A stretch of DNA of 64,000 nucleotides from Entomortierella parvispora E1425 (Eukaryota > Fungi > Mortierellomycota): the NCBI GenBank assembly GCA_020891255.1, contig BQFW01000016.1, forward strand, positions 1 through 64,000, in the 5' to 3' direction. Below the pieces are notes generated by a model. That model had not been told where the DNA came from, ran no database searches, and saw only the letters and a list, made by a program, of their open reading frames with translations. Below are positions 1 to 12,792 of the stretch, piece after piece (positions within the stretch are counted from its first letter, which is position 1; the number at the start of each line of letters is the position of its first letter). A program made the translations under genes and the position numbers.

Positions 1-28
1 GTAAAAGCCGCTACCTTTAAAGTCAAAA

Positions 29-2080
29 ATGCTGGAGACTCTGCGTGTCGTTAGTCGTGATCCCGCAAAAGCTGAACGAGTAGTCCGTAGAAATGCGGAA
101 GCGTATAGGAGGGAGGCGACGACAGGGGTCCTTATTAATGTTGTACACCCTACTACCCACGCTGTATGCTCCGTTGACAATATGGAACTCCCTGCCCCTC
201 AAGATGGGGCCTCTATGGACCATGCGGAACACCCTGCCACTCAAGATGGAGCCTCTGCGGACCATGCGGTACATCCTGCCACTGAAGATGGGGCCTCTGT
301 GGACCATGCAGAACACCCTGCCACTCAAGATGGGGCCTCTGCGGATCATAATGGTACCCCATGGCACTTGATCGGTCATAGCCTGCTGTCAGACACCGAA
401 TCAGTGCACGAGCTTGACGATTACGATTCTGGCACAATGGTGATTTCCTCGACCCCGCTGCAACCTGCTTTGGGTACCCAAATTTCTCGCGGATCTCCCC
501 TGACACAGCAGCACCGGCACTCCCAGTACCCGCACTGGTCGCCTGACTCTCTGCAGCCCTCTCAGTCAGTTGCCAACAGTCAGTCATCGTTAAGCTTCAT
601 CGTTGATGATCAGTCACAAATTGATCCACAAGCAAGCCAGATGGGCTCCTCATCCCCACTTTGAGCCTCCACCCCTCACAGTGGACACCGATGTCAGGGG
701 AACTCCGATACAGACTGTAGCCTTGGCATCTGGATCCACTCTGCCAGCCTTCCAAAGTTCTCCTCTCAGGGCGGGTCAAGAGCTCTCGCACACACACAGT
801 TCCTCTCCCAGGCCATCATCTGTTGCATTGGGGAAACGTCGTCGCGCGGAGACTCCTGAATCTACTGAGCCAGATTCGCAGAGTTTTCCGCCTGGGGCGG
901 ATCAAGAGCTCTCGCGTCAGCACATGTCCCCTCCCAGACTATCATCTGCTGCATTGGGAATACGACGCCACGCGGAGGGCTGCATGGAGGAAACTACCTG
1001 TCAAAGGAGCAGCCACAGCGTACTGAGGGTCAACCTTTATTCCGAGAGCAGGCTGTCGAGCTATTTACAGCCCAATTGGCGCAATTGGAAGCTCGACTCG
1101 AAGTCCAACTTGCAACCCAACTTCAAGCCGTCATCCAAGCAGAAGTGACAGAGCTCTTCCGTCTGCAACGCGAGTCCAACCAAGCACCACTGACAGCGGA
1201 GGCAGACTCCCGGCCACCTGTCATTCCCGCAACTCGAGTCCAGGCCGGTCTAGCAAAGCCTGTTCGAGTTCGTATCGACTCTGTTCGGCCGCGCCAAGCT
1301 CAGCCTGCCTCTCCTCGGTCCCATTCTGCAGCCAGATCACCGGCAGCAGTTTCTGCTGTTGCCTCGCAGTCCAATTCGCCTGCCAAAGCAAGAACCAAGG
1401 CAACAGTTAACGCTGGTGCTGCTCGCCAAGGTCCTAGTAAGGCTCAGATGGACATTGTCAAGTCCATGAAGCCTCCAAGACCTTTCAGAGCACGCAAAAC
1501 TGCTGCCGAGGCCGCAAGACCAACGATTGCTCCTGTCCGAGTATATTTTTCTGGTGTTCAGTCCGGGCCTCTCAAGGTTTTCAAGGCAAAGTTGCGTGGT
1601 TTGAGAATTTGTACCTCACTGATTTACAACATCTCATTTGTTGGGAAGTCTATGTGCGAATTTTTGGTCGATGCTGCCTACCGAGCCAAGTTCATTGAGT
1701 CTATGAAAAGCTTCACTTTCAGACACTTGCCCAACTATGACCCAGCCGTTCCTCAAGATCCCAATGTCACTGAAGAGACTGCAGAGCTTCTGAGAGGGGC
1801 GTACATTCGCCGCCTTGAAACAACGGCTTCAACGACCAACCGCGATTTCGTGCGAGATGATTTCCTGAGCATGCTTGCTGCAGCAGATCCCACAGCTCCC
1901 ACATCTGCCACAGATCTCCCTGATCTCTCTGGACCGATGGACACTGGCACTGTTGCCGCGACGGCCTCTGCTTCTTCCGGGCTGGTGGAAACTGATATCC
2001 CTCTGACTGGTGCTGCTTCTGAAGCCGCCTCTGCTGCAATGGATATTGATCCCCCTGGCTGCTACTGCAACCGCCTCTGA
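29..2080 (+). pseudogene. LINE ORF1 (gag-like), split across frames 29-664, 603-1148 and 1076-2080
   Basis: Low-complexity N-terminus, a coiled-coil-like segment (MAQLEARLEVQLATQLQ) and a globular region (RVYFSGVQSGP...NISFVGKSMCEFLV...YDP) directly upstream of ORF2. Confidence 0.7.
190..350 (+). repeat. 42-bp coding tandem repeat, about 4 copies (HPATQDGASADHAE)
   Basis: Unit CCTGCCACTCAAGATGGGGCCTCTGTGGACCATGCAGAACAC repeated in frame in ORF 29-664. Confidence 0.9.
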
Positions 2081-2187
2081 TTCTGAGCTAGTTGACACTC
2101 ATACGCATCCCGCTGCCGAAGACACAGCTGGTGCCAGTGCTGACGCTCTAAGCGCTAATGAGGAACCCACACGCCCCGCTTCCTCTC

Positions 2188-5100
2188 ATGAATAATCAGG
2201 TCCTCCGTACTGGTTACTTGAACTGCCGCGGTCTTCAGGCAGGTTCATTTGACAGAATCGTTTCTTTCGTTTCTGGCCCATCCCCCTTCGATATCATCTT
2301 CTTATCAGAGACATGGTATATCTGCCCTGACTATTACAGTCGCCATCCTCTCTTCCTTTGTTCTACGCCCATACCTGGAAGTCGACCAGTTAATGGCCGG
2401 CTTTATGGTGGTATCATCTGTGTTGTCTCCCACCAACTCAAGCGATCACACTGCACCTTTTCAGTCACTCGGCACTCAATTGACGTGTCCATCTTTGGCA
2501 CCAACATCCGCGCCTTATATCTTCCTCCTTCTCTCAAGAACCCCAGCTTCCGTTCAGCTTTGTTCGATCCCGTCGCCCACCTTTCTTCGAGATCTCGTCC
2601 AGATATTCTTCTCGGAGACATCAACACCAAGCTAGGAGAACCAAACCTTCCCCTATCGGTGAACGTGTCACCATAGTTCAGGAGCTGGTCCATCATTACC
2701 ATTACAACCGAGTTTTCCCTCTTCTGTCTACGCCAAGAACCATCATGTATTGGCTCGCTTTCACCCAGACTTCTCTTGGAGGTATGAACGGGTTGACCCC
2801 TCAGTATGGACAGATACGGACCACAGTCTCATGTCTTGCAAGTTCACGCCTCGTGATATACATGATACTGGCACTACCGACGAGTGTTACCGTATCAGTC
2901 TGAAGTACTTGGAACTAAAAGCAGTTCGTTCTCTCTGCTGTGGTTACTACATGGAACTGGCCAACCAATTCGACAAGTTTATCATGGACACTGTATCGCG
3001 CGTACGGCGACTCTCTGACGCGCGTTCTTTGGATGGAGTTTCCCTCCAAGACAGACAAGCAGTGGTGGATCATCTTGACGATTGTCTTTCTTCAGCTATC
3101 TTGACAGCGGCTGAAGAAGCATGCGGCTCTTATGTCCCCAGCGTCATTCGTACTACTCCAGACAAGCTCTCTGATTCTTTGTCTTCGGTCCCGAAGATGA
3201 ATGACGCCATCCGTATCTTCAAACGAGCGTGTCGCAGCCAGGTGGTGGCTCTGAAATCTCGGGACCCTACCATCTCTCCAGTGGCAGATGTTGTCTCGCA
3301 CTACAGGTCTGTTTTCACTCAGCCCGATCCACGATTCCTACCTGCGGCTCGATCCCTTACCGTGGCATCTCCTTTGAGCCTGATCCTGGCTTGGACGATA
3401 TGTTTACGAAGGATAACATGCAAGCAATCTGGAAGAAATACCCGACCAACGCCTCTGGTGGAGAGGATGGGATCCATGTCCAACTCCTACGAGCACTTCA
3501 AGGCACCGAGCTTCCAGAACACATTGCTGGCCTTTTCAGGATTTGCTGTTTGCTCGGTGTCACGCCATCATCATGGAATGTCTCCGTAATCAATCCTATT
3601 CCGAAGACAGAGGGTGCTACGACCATTGACAAATTCCGGCCAATTTCCCTTACATTGATGATTCGGCGGACCTTCGAAAAGTTCTTTTGGGACATCTTTT
3701 GGAGTCTGATGCCTCCAAGCTTCATCACACTCAAGCTGGCTTCCGTAACGGATTTTCAACTTTGACTCATGCATTGGTTGCTGACGACTGTGCTATCCGC
3801 GGACAAAAGTATCGTGTCTTTTACGATTTTGCCCAAGCATATGATACAGTCCCAGTGCCTCTGCTACTTTCAAAGATGAAAACCCGAGGAGCATCCGCTC
3901 AGATTTTGTCGCTCGTAGACGCCCTCTTTGTCGGCACATCTACTAAGGTTATCGTCAATGGGAGGCAGACAGAGTCTATTCCCTGAGCCGAGGCCTGCTC
4001 CAAGGCTCCATCTTGTCTCCTCTATTGTTTGACATCTTTATCGACGACCTGGCTCACAAGCTTAACAAGGATACTCCGGACCCGAAGAAAATACCGCGAG
4101 CGCTGTTGTACGCCGACGATATAACAGCTGGATCCCATGCACTGCACCACTTGCAAGTTACTTCCAATGACTTGGTCGACTGGTGCCACGAGAACGGTAT
4201 GACGATCAATCTCGCTAAATGCGGGGTGGTTGGTCTGACCCATGGTGATCGTGACTTGGTCCTTCGCGGTATTGGCCCAATCCCTCGGGTTGAATGCTAC
4301 AACTACCTTGGATTCCCATACAAATCCAGAGGGATCGACTGGGCTGAACACTTGAAATCCATGGCTTTAAAAGCATCAAAGACTCTGAAGTTCTGCGAAG
4401 CCAGGGGTAATTCAAGTGGTCTGCAGGTCTACGGCTAGCTTTGTATCGCGCGTTTGTCCGCTCTAGAATGGAATATGGTGCAGGCATCATGTACCACTGG
4501 ATCCAGAATGACAGCAAGTCTAGGACAGAGCACTTGAAGGCTATAGCGACAGTCCAAGACGCGGCCCTGAAATGGATTTTGGAGTTCAAGGACCCTACAA
4601 AGGTTACTCACTCATTTCTTGCCTTGCCAACTATCTACGTGCGATTCTCCGACTTGGCCTGCCTCCTTACGGACCACTTTATTGGAATGGATGGGAACAA
4701 CCCAGCAAGAACCCTCCGTGATGTCCTCTTCGGCAATGTTGGCCGAAATAAGGACCGGATTCTTCCAAAGTGCCACAAGCACCCGGACCGCCTGTTGTAT
4801 CAAAATTATCTGGCAAGACTTAGAAGAGAAGAAAAAGTCGATTCATTGAAGGTCTGGCTGCGGAAGAGGTTCCTTGACGAGTGCTTCCGGACGCTGCGGC
4901 TTTGCAAGTATTTCGAGCCTCAGATGCGCACGAGAGGTATAGGGCCTGTTACCGCCATCTACTTCAAGTCACTCCGCCTACGCAAGAACGCAATTGCTTG
5001 GCACCTGAACAAATTCGCTTGTGGAGCGCGCTGTTCGGAATGCAACAACATTTTTCATCAAACCCATGTTGTCGATTGCGGCTGGCAAGAAAAGCTCCTT

Positions 5101-5346
5101 GATCGTGCCCCTCCGAAAGTTGTTGCCACCTTCTTGGCTCTGCCCCGCTTGCACCAAACAAGTGTCGTCCCAACTTCGTCGACTTCCTCCTCAAGGAGAG
5201 GCACCTTGCCTCCTTGGCCGAGGCATTTGGCTGGTTGGAATTCTGGATGCGTCCTCGGGAAAACTACGATGTATAGTCTTGGATGTTGTCTGTCAGTCAG
5301 TCAGTCTTTTTTTTTGTTCGTGCTCCCTCGCGCCAGAAAAAAATAA
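2188..5346 (+). pseudogene. LINE ORF2 (APE endonuclease + reverse transcriptase + C-terminal Cys/His region) with several frameshifts and stops
   Basis: Fragments 2158-2676 (APE), 2750-3589, 3229-3765, 3687-3986, 4013-4438 (YADD) and 4441-5346 (CSEC...H...C). Confidence 0.9.
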
Positions 5347-5399
5347 AATAAAAAATTGACTAATTGCTGCCACCCTGCTCAGATCGTTGCTGCCCCATG

Positions 5400-5780
5400 T
5401 CTTCTCTCCTAGTAAGTGTTGATCATTACGAAAGAAGATATCTCATTCTAACGACCTCCATGGTCTTTATTGTCCATATTGTCCAGCAATTAGTCCATCC
5501 AGTTGATGACATCTGCTCCTTTTGCCCGTGTCCTCACACTTCTCGTATTCGCTCCCTTGGTAAGCATCTGCTCTTCACGCCTACAATACCCCTTTCAATG
5601 GAAGAGATAGAAAGAAAGAGCAATCGTTCTAACCATTTCAACTGCTTTGTCCATAGAGTTAAGAATGTCAATGGTATATATCTCCTCGGTCCTTTGAATC
5701 CTTGCTGTCAATTCAAGCGGCTGTCTCCTTTTCGCCTACTCTGCTCCCTGCTTCCGTGGCGGCGCCTTGCGGCCTTGACA
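5400..5780 (+). repeat. Block Q, a diverged copy of 7480-7860; carries GTAAG...CTAAC...AG intron-like segments
   Basis: Shared GGTAAG...GCAATCGTTCTAAC...GTCCATAG/GTCGATATAG and a shared ending CTTTTCGCCTACT. Confidence 0.65.
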
Positions 5781-8700
5781 TGATCTGAACTGACAGGGGT
5801 TCTGGGGTCGAGACTGGGCCTCTTTTTTTTTTGCTCCAAAAAAACATTCAGCATATCAAGCTGCAGATGGCGGCTGTTCCTGCCCGGTTGTTATATCTGC
5901 TCTAGTTTCAGTAAGTGCAGCCTACAATTCATACATTCGATGTTCCCTACTGAGGAAGATAAACGGAGAAAGTATTTCAACTGACGGCTTTAGTTGATTT
6001 TATATCCTACGTAGTCTGACCCAGCGTCTGGTCTTCGGTCCTCCATTCAGGTGAGATGTTTCCATTCTTCCGCCTCTTCCTTGCAGACCGTTGCCACATT
6101 GTCATTGTGATTGCTCCTACCATGTCAAAGGCGCCCTTTTCTGGTCTTCTCTCCGGACTTCCATCCTGGCCAATTGGTCTTTTCAGCCCACTCATACCTG
6201 CTTACTCCTCTTGTAGCGGCAACTTGCGGTCTTGACTCAACTTTACGGTTTCCTGGGAGTAGACGTCGTAATTTCATCATGGCATGGACCACAGGAGCTT
6301 TGTTACATGGTTTGGACACATCCTTTCTGTCTTGCTTCCATGTCTATTCCCTGCGGTGAGTGAAGTTGGCTTGTATGGAAGAGAGATAAAGAAAACTTAT
6401 TCTAACGCCCCCTCTTGTTTCATCGTCCATGTAGTCGGGCATGTTGACAGCGTCTGCTCGCCTCGGCTCTAGCCAGTTCCATGTTCCTTGCGATCATTGC
6501 CCTAAGTTTTTGACTGACCGGAACTCTGGATCGGGCGCTGGTTCTTTGATGGCGAGGTCCGTCTCCGCTCAAAAGAAAGGAGGGGCAGCCGTCACAGTTC
6601 TGTTGTCCCATGTCTGGTCCGGTCCATGTCTTCCGCTGAATCGTTGAATACCAACTTTATGCTGGCCAGAAATCCCTCCTGCCCCTGTCGGGTCGGGGCA
6701 CCAAGGGATGAAACCACATTCACGATTCGCATCGTGAGTCACTGGATCTGGGTTAAGGTCTGCCCTCGTTGTCGTCTATGGCTGCTTCCTGGAGTCCTTC
6801 AGTCGAAATGCCTATCGTTGCCTGTCGACTCCATGCTGGCTCTTTCAATCAAGCTGTTGCATGTGTCATTACATGTCATCTCCAAGCCGCTCTTTCGATG
6901 AGGTTGATCTGCCCACCTTTGAAGAACCTCTCCTACTACCTCCGAGGACTGGGTGTTCAAAGGCTGAACCCAAAGCCCGCCCATATGGGTCTTGAGTTTT
7001 GGCATGAAAGACTGGCATTGTTCCTGCTGCTCCGCGGTCTCGACTCAAGTTTCTGGTTTTCTGAAGCGCTGGGAGCTACATCTTGGGTCTGTTTCGTGAA
7101 CCATATTCGCAAAAGAAACAAACTGGCTGTATCCTGCCGTTCCTACCGTTCCTGCAGTCCTGGAAGTTGCATCCGTTCGTATGGTAAGTTTTTGGGGCGT
7201 GTCGTTGAAAAGAGACAAAGACGGATGGGCAGCTCCAACGAGGACGAGAATCGAGTACGAGATGGTTGACGCACGTGATGTGCCTTTTTCGTTTTTTTTT
7301 TTTTTTGTCCGCAGCCAAGCATGTTCAGGAAGACAGGGTATCCTCAGCCTCAGACCTCACAGCACTGGTCTAGTCGACAGGAGTTCGGAGGAGGGGTCCT
7401 TGATTGTGTGGTTCGTTGCCCGCTTAGAAAAAAAGAGTTCCTGGCCTGCTTTGTTGCAAATCCCACTTGTTCAATCCGCTTCTATGGTAAGTGTTGTTCC
7501 TCACGCGTTTGAAAGCCTCTCGTGCAAAAGACAAATGGAGGGACAATCGTTCTAACCCTTCCCATGTTGTCGATATAATCAGGCAGGCTACTTATCTTTG
7601 TTCACACCGCCGTTTTATTCGCTCCTTTGGTAAGTGTCTGCCACGCCTGTGATACTGTGATATCCCTTTCGAGGGATAGAAAAAAGCAATCGTTCTAACG
7701 ACTTTAGCTGATTTTATTGTCGATATAGTCAAGAGCGTCAACGGTATCCATTCTCCTCGATCCTTGAGCTCCTTGCCGTCAATCCAAGTGGGCTGATTCT
7801 TTTTCGCCTACTACGATTCCTGCTTTAGAGACGGCGCCTAGTGGCTTTTGCATGAGTCCTAGACAAACTCGCACACTTGACTAGGTGTGGTCTGATTCCA
7901 CGCAAAATAGCAAGAGGAGAGGGCCGTTGCTGGGTCGTCGTCGATAAGTTCGTTCCAGTATTCCTTGGGGTCGAGCCGTTGAATATTGCCTCCGTGATGA
8001 TTTCTCAGTCAAGTTTATCACCCTCATCGATACCAAGGCGATGAAGGGTGAATCCATCACCCAATCGGTACTCAAGAATCCTGGATCTCCGTTGAGAATT
8101 GCTACCGTTGTCGCCTGTGGCCGCTTCCTGGAGTCTTTCGGTCGAACTGATGCCTGTCGTTACCTGTCAACCACATGTTGGCCCACTCAGTCACATTGTT
8201 GCCTGTCGCTGCCTGTCAACTCCATGCTGGTCTGCTTAGTCAAGTTGTTGCCAGGCGTTGCTTGTCGACTCCTGCCTGGTCTATTCAGTCAAGTTGCTGC
8301 ATGTGACGTACATGTCATCATCATGCTGTCCATCCAGCCAAGCTGGATTGCCCTCCTTTGACCCTCCGCTCCTGCTCCTTCCGAGGACCGGATGTCAGAA
8401 GGATGAGCCCATAACCTGCACCTGTGGGTCTTGAGGTTTTGCATGAAAACCTGCGTTGTCCTGCTTCTGCACGGTCTCGATTCAAGTTTCTGGTTTTCTA
8501 AAACGCCGGAGCCATGCCTCGAGTCTAGTACTTTTTGTTGCATGGGTCCACATTCGCACAGAAGACATAGACTGGTTGCACCCTGCTGTCCTTGCTGTCC
8601 TGGATGTTGCATCCGTTCGTACGGTAAGTTTGAGAAGAGTATCTTTTGAAGAACGGGGAAAGAGTGATTTCTCAGAGCCGCAAAGGCAAAATGAAAGAAA

Positions 8701-9019
8701 ATTGCGACAAGCCACGGACAGCGGAAAGGGAAAAAAAGAAATGCATTCTAACGTGGTCTCTTCTTGCTGTTGCCAACCTAGCCAAGCATGTTCAGGCCAG
8801 CATGTCTCTTTTGGCTTGCGGACAAGGGTTTCCGTTTCCTTCTCCAGTGACCTTGACCTAGGTTCTGACTCGACTGAAGTTTCGAATCAGGTCGAGGTCG
8901 GGGGTTTTCTGGTTGTGTGGTCCGTCTGACGCTTTGCAAAATGAAACGACTTTCTGCACTGCCCGCTCCTCTGGTAAGCAAGGCGACTCTTCACGCGTCT
9001 GAAATCCCTCCCAAGGAAA

Positions 9020-9021
9020 GA

Positions 9022-9073
<52 letters not shown>

Positions 9074-9075
9074 GA
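9020..9075. repeat. (AG)n microsatellite
   Basis: Run of GAGAGA visible directly. Confidence 0.9.
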
Positions 9076-9147
9076 AGAGAAAAAGAAACGCTCATTCTGA
9101 CGTTCTCTTCGTTTTATTGTCTACGCAGTTAGGAAGTCAACAGCGTC

Positions 9148-9335
9148 CTCTTCCTGGTCCTGGTCCTCTTCCTGGTCCTGGCCCTCTTCCTGGTCCTGGT
9201 CCTCTTCCTGTCCTCTTCCTGGTCCTGGCCTCTTCCTGGTCCTGGCCTCTTCCTGGTCCTGGCCTCTTCCTGGTCCTGGCCTCTTCCTGGTCCTGGCCTC
9301 TTCCTGGTCCTGGCCCTCTTCCTGGTCCTGGTCCT
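9148..9335. repeat. 18-bp minisatellite (CTTCCTGGTCCTGGCCCT and variants), about 10 copies
   Basis: Directly visible; produces the PGPGPL / GQDQEE repeat ORFs. Confidence 0.9.
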
Positions 9336-9944
9336 CCTCTTGGCTCATTATTCTGGCCAAACCCTCTATGGCCGGATCTAGCAATCGAAGGACTTTTCTG
9401 TCCGCTTCTGCCATGCCGTTCTGTCAGGCTGTGTCTGCCTCCGACCTGCTGCGGCCCTGATTTTTTTGGTTGCGGAGCCAAAAAGCTTCACCAGGCGTGT
9501 CGTTCTGTCCGCTCCTGCAGTAGGTGTTGCTCCTCAAGCGCTTGATGTTCCTTCTTGGAAAAAGAATCCATGCTGATGTCCTCTTGGTTTTGTCCATATA
9601 GACCTAGCGCCTGCCCGCGCTTGCTTCAGTGGTATTTTGGTTGGGCCCCTTGCTTCCTTTGGTCCTTCAGTCGAGCAGATCTCCTCTGGTGGGTCTCCCC
9701 AGATTGTCCATTGTGGGCCTTGGGTCTTTGGGTCTGTCTGGTCCAGTTGTCGCTAGGGGCGCTCTCTGTGCTCCATCATTCAAGCCCATCGCCTGTCACC
9801 AATCTCCTTAGCCAGAGGGCACTTGCCCATCTCCCCACATGTGGGGATGGAGGCTGAGACTATGTGAGCTGGGACTAGGGCACCAGGACCGACTCTGTTG
9901 GCTTTTGCCCTGTGGCTACTTCCTGGAGTCTTTCGGTCGAACCG

Positions 9945-10215
9945 TTGCCTGTCTTGCCTGTCGACTCCATGCCTGGCCCATTCAGTCAAGTTGCTGCCTG
10001 TCGACTCCATGCTGGCCCATTCAGTCAAGTTGCTGCCTGTCGTTGCCTGTCGACTCCATGCCACCAGCCAATTCAGTCAAGTTGCTGCCTGTCGTTGCCT
10101 GTCAACTCCATGCTTGGCCCACTCAGTCAAGTTGCTGCCTGTCGTTGCCTGTCAACTCCATGCTTGGCCCACTCAGTCAAGTTGCTGCCTGTCGTTGCCT
10201 GTCGTTGCCTGCCGA
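9945..10215. repeat. 50-bp tandem repeat, about 5 copies
   Basis: GTTGCTGCCTGTCGTTGCCTGTCAACTCCATGCTTGGCCCACTCAGTCAA starts at 10081 and 10131, and partly at 10181; shorter variants lie upstream. Confidence 0.9.
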
Positions 10216-10616
10216 CTCAATGCCTGTTGCATGTGACATACATGCCATCATGAAGTTTCTGATTTCTGAAACGCCGGAGCCATGCACCTCGAGTCTAGTA
10301 CTTTTTGTTGCATGGGTCCACATTCGCACAGAAGACATAGACTGGTTGCACCCTGCTGTCCTTGCTGTCCTGGATGTTGCATCCGTTCGTACGGTAAGTT
10401 TGAGAAGAGTATCTTTTGAAGAACGGGGAAAGAGTGATTTCTCAGAGCCGCAAAGGCAAAAGAAAGAAAAGTGCTGCGAAAAGTCACGGACAGCGGAAAG
10501 GGAAAAAAACGAAATGCATTCTAACGTGGTCTCTTCTTGCTGTTGCCAACCTAGCCAGTGACCTTGACCTTGGTTCTGAGTCGACTGAAGTTTCGGATCA
10601 GGTCGAGGTCGGGGTT

Positions 10617-10950
10617 TTCTTCTTGGTCCTGGCCCTCTTCCTGGTCCTGGCCCTCTTCCTGGTCCTGGCCCTCTTCCTGGTCCTGGCCCTCTTCCTGGTC
10701 CTGGCCCTCTTCCTGGTCCTGGCCCTCTTCCTGGTCCTGGCCCTCTTCCTGGTCCTGGCCCTCTTCCTAGTCCTGGCCCTCTTCCTGGTCCTGGCCCTCT
10801 TCCTAGTCCTGGCCCTCTTCTTGGTCCTGGCCCTCTTCCTGGTCCTGGCCCTCTTCCTGGTCCTGGCCCTCTTCCTGGTCCTGGCCCTCTTCTTGGTCCT
10901 GGCCCTCTTCCTAGTCCTGGCCCTCTTCTTGGTCCTGGCTCTTCCTAGCC
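10617..10950. repeat. 18-bp minisatellite (CTTCCTGGTCCTGGCCCT), about 18 copies
   Basis: Directly visible; sits in a block paralogous to 9100-9900. Confidence 0.95.
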
Positions 10951-11359
10951 CTGGTCCTCCTCTTGGCTCATTATTCTTGGCCAAACCCTCCTGACTGGAT
11001 CTGACAATGGACGGACTTTTCGCTTCCCTGCATAGTTGCTATTCACTTCTGTCCTGCGGGCTTGATCTTTTTTTTGGCGGAAACAAAAAGCTTCACTCCA
11101 GCGTGTTGTTCTGTCCACTTCTGCAGTAGGTGTTGCTTCTCAAGCGCTTGGTGTTGCTCTCTTCTTGGAAAAAGAATCCATGCTGATGTCCTTTTTGTTT
11201 TCTTGTTCACATAGACCACAGCCAGCCGGGCTTCTCGCTTCAGTGGTCTTTTGGTTGGGCCTTCTCTCCCTTTGGAGACTGAGCTAGGAGGTCGATCTTG
11301 GTCTTTGCCTCTATTTGCTCTAGTTGTCACTGGTTGGCGCTCCATTCCAATTATGACCA

Positions 11360-12250
11360 TCATGTCACTGCATGTCGATTCCCTGTGGCCAAGTTGTTGA
11401 TCTCGGCGCGGATCTTCCCCTGGCCGGCCCCCACCCACTCCCCGAGGGACTGGGGGCCAGGGGGTTCTCTTCCACTGCCCATCCTTTTGTGTGAGGGATG
11501 GGAGTTGGGATTGGGGGCTGATTCTGCAGCAGCAGCATCTGTGCTATTGCCCCAGATGTCACCGATGGACGCTTCCTGCGCGCCATCCACTCAAGCCCGT
11601 CGCATGTCGCTGCATGCTGATTCCCTTCAGCCAAGTTGTTGATCTCGGCGCGGATCCTCCCCTCTGGCCGGCTCCTGCCCACTCCCCGAGGGACTGGGGG
11701 CCAGGGGTTTTCTCCCCACTTGCCCATCCCTTTTGTGTGAGGGATGGGAGTTGGGACTGGGAGCTGATTCTGCTGCAGCAGCCTCTATTGCTGTTGCCCC
11801 AGATATCACCGATGGACGCTTCCTGCGCGCCATCCACTCAAGCCCGTCGCATGTCGCTGCATGCTGATTCCCTTCGGTCAAGTTGTTGATCTCGACGTGG
11901 ATCTTCCCCTGGCCGGACTCGCCACCCCACTCCCTTCTGAGAGAATGGAGTCCGGGAGGGGGTTCTCTTCTCTTCTCCCCCACTTGCTCATCTTCCTCAC
12001 CTGTGAGAAATGAGATTTGGGGCTGACTCTGCTGCTGCTGCCCTCTGCCGCGGCTGCCCAAGACTCACCACCGATGGACGCTCCTGCGGTCCATCCTTCA
12101 AGCCCATGCAGACTGACTGCTCCAAGTTGGTCTGTTTTGCCCCCTCTGGCCGGCTTCCTCCCACTTCCCCGGGACTGGGGGCCAGAGGAGGTTTTAGCAG
12201 CCCTATCCATAGCCCACTCGTGAGCCGTGGCAATGGGGCTCGGGAGGCCA
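11360..12250. repeat. About 240-bp tandem repeat, 3-4 copies diverging rightwards
   Basis: CAAGTTG(T/G)T anchors near 11390, 11631, 11879 and 12122; shared GGGGCTGATTCTGC and ACCGATGGACGCT. Confidence 0.85.
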
Positions 12251-12792
12251 CTCGCCATCAGCTATCCCATTAGCTTGCACTTGCAGCTTCTTCTTGCGCC
12301 TTTCTGCTCACCGTTGCCGTTCAAGACTCTGCCAGCTTGCGCATCAGCTCGCCCATGCGAGCGCGCAAGCAAGGACTCCCCATTCCCCGCTCACCCCTAC
12401 TTGGGGTGACATGGGCGGGCTTTCCTCCCAAAATGCGAGGCAGACAAAGACAAGACAAGGACACCCTACTTTCCCCACCTTGCACCCTAACTTGGGTGCC
12501 CTGGGCATGGCTCACCCCAATCTGGGGTGTCCCCAGCGTAGGGTCTCCCCATTGCAGGGTTTCCCCATTGTAGGGTTTCTTCACCCTAAAGTCCGTCCAC
12601 CCAGTCTCCCCAGAGACCCCAACTTTCCCCTGACCCCCACTCAGGGGTCATTTGGGTGTGACCAAGAGACCAAGAGTTGGAGAATGCCCTCATGCATCTT
12701 GTCAGGGTCGTGGATGCATGCGATTGGTCCGATCGGGTTCCATCGATCACGCCATCGTCAGGGTGGATTGAGATGGAGTAAGATGGAGCAAG

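Larger units (their letters stand above)
1..5357 (+). mobile_element. Non-LTR retrotransposon (LINE) with ORF1 and APE-endonuclease/RT ORF2; degenerate; 5' end may lie outside the window
   Basis: APE motifs (GYLNCRGL, FLSETW, ILLGDIN) and RT motifs (FRPISL, QAGFR, FYDFAQAYDTV, GLLQGSILSPLLF, LLYADD, YNYLG) in successive ORFs; ends in an A-rich tail AAAAAAATAAAATAAAAAAA at about 5337-5357. Confidence 0.93.
6750..10620 (+). repeat. Block P, three related copies (about 6750-7500, 8120-8930, 9900-10620)
   Basis: 8500-8780 and 10265-10555 are near-identical (GAGCCATGC..TCGAGTCTAGTACTTTTTG...CGTACGGTAAGTTTGAG); the 6750-7500 copy is more diverged. Confidence 0.85.

Noticed and set aside
9945-10215. 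CRISPR-like array
   Set aside because: Units are contiguous with no unique spacers, the context is eukaryotic, and there are no cas genes. The same applies to the ~250-bp units.
9117-10994. PGPG, RARTRK and LVLALF repeat proteins
   Set aside because: All are translations of the same 18-bp minisatellite in different frames.
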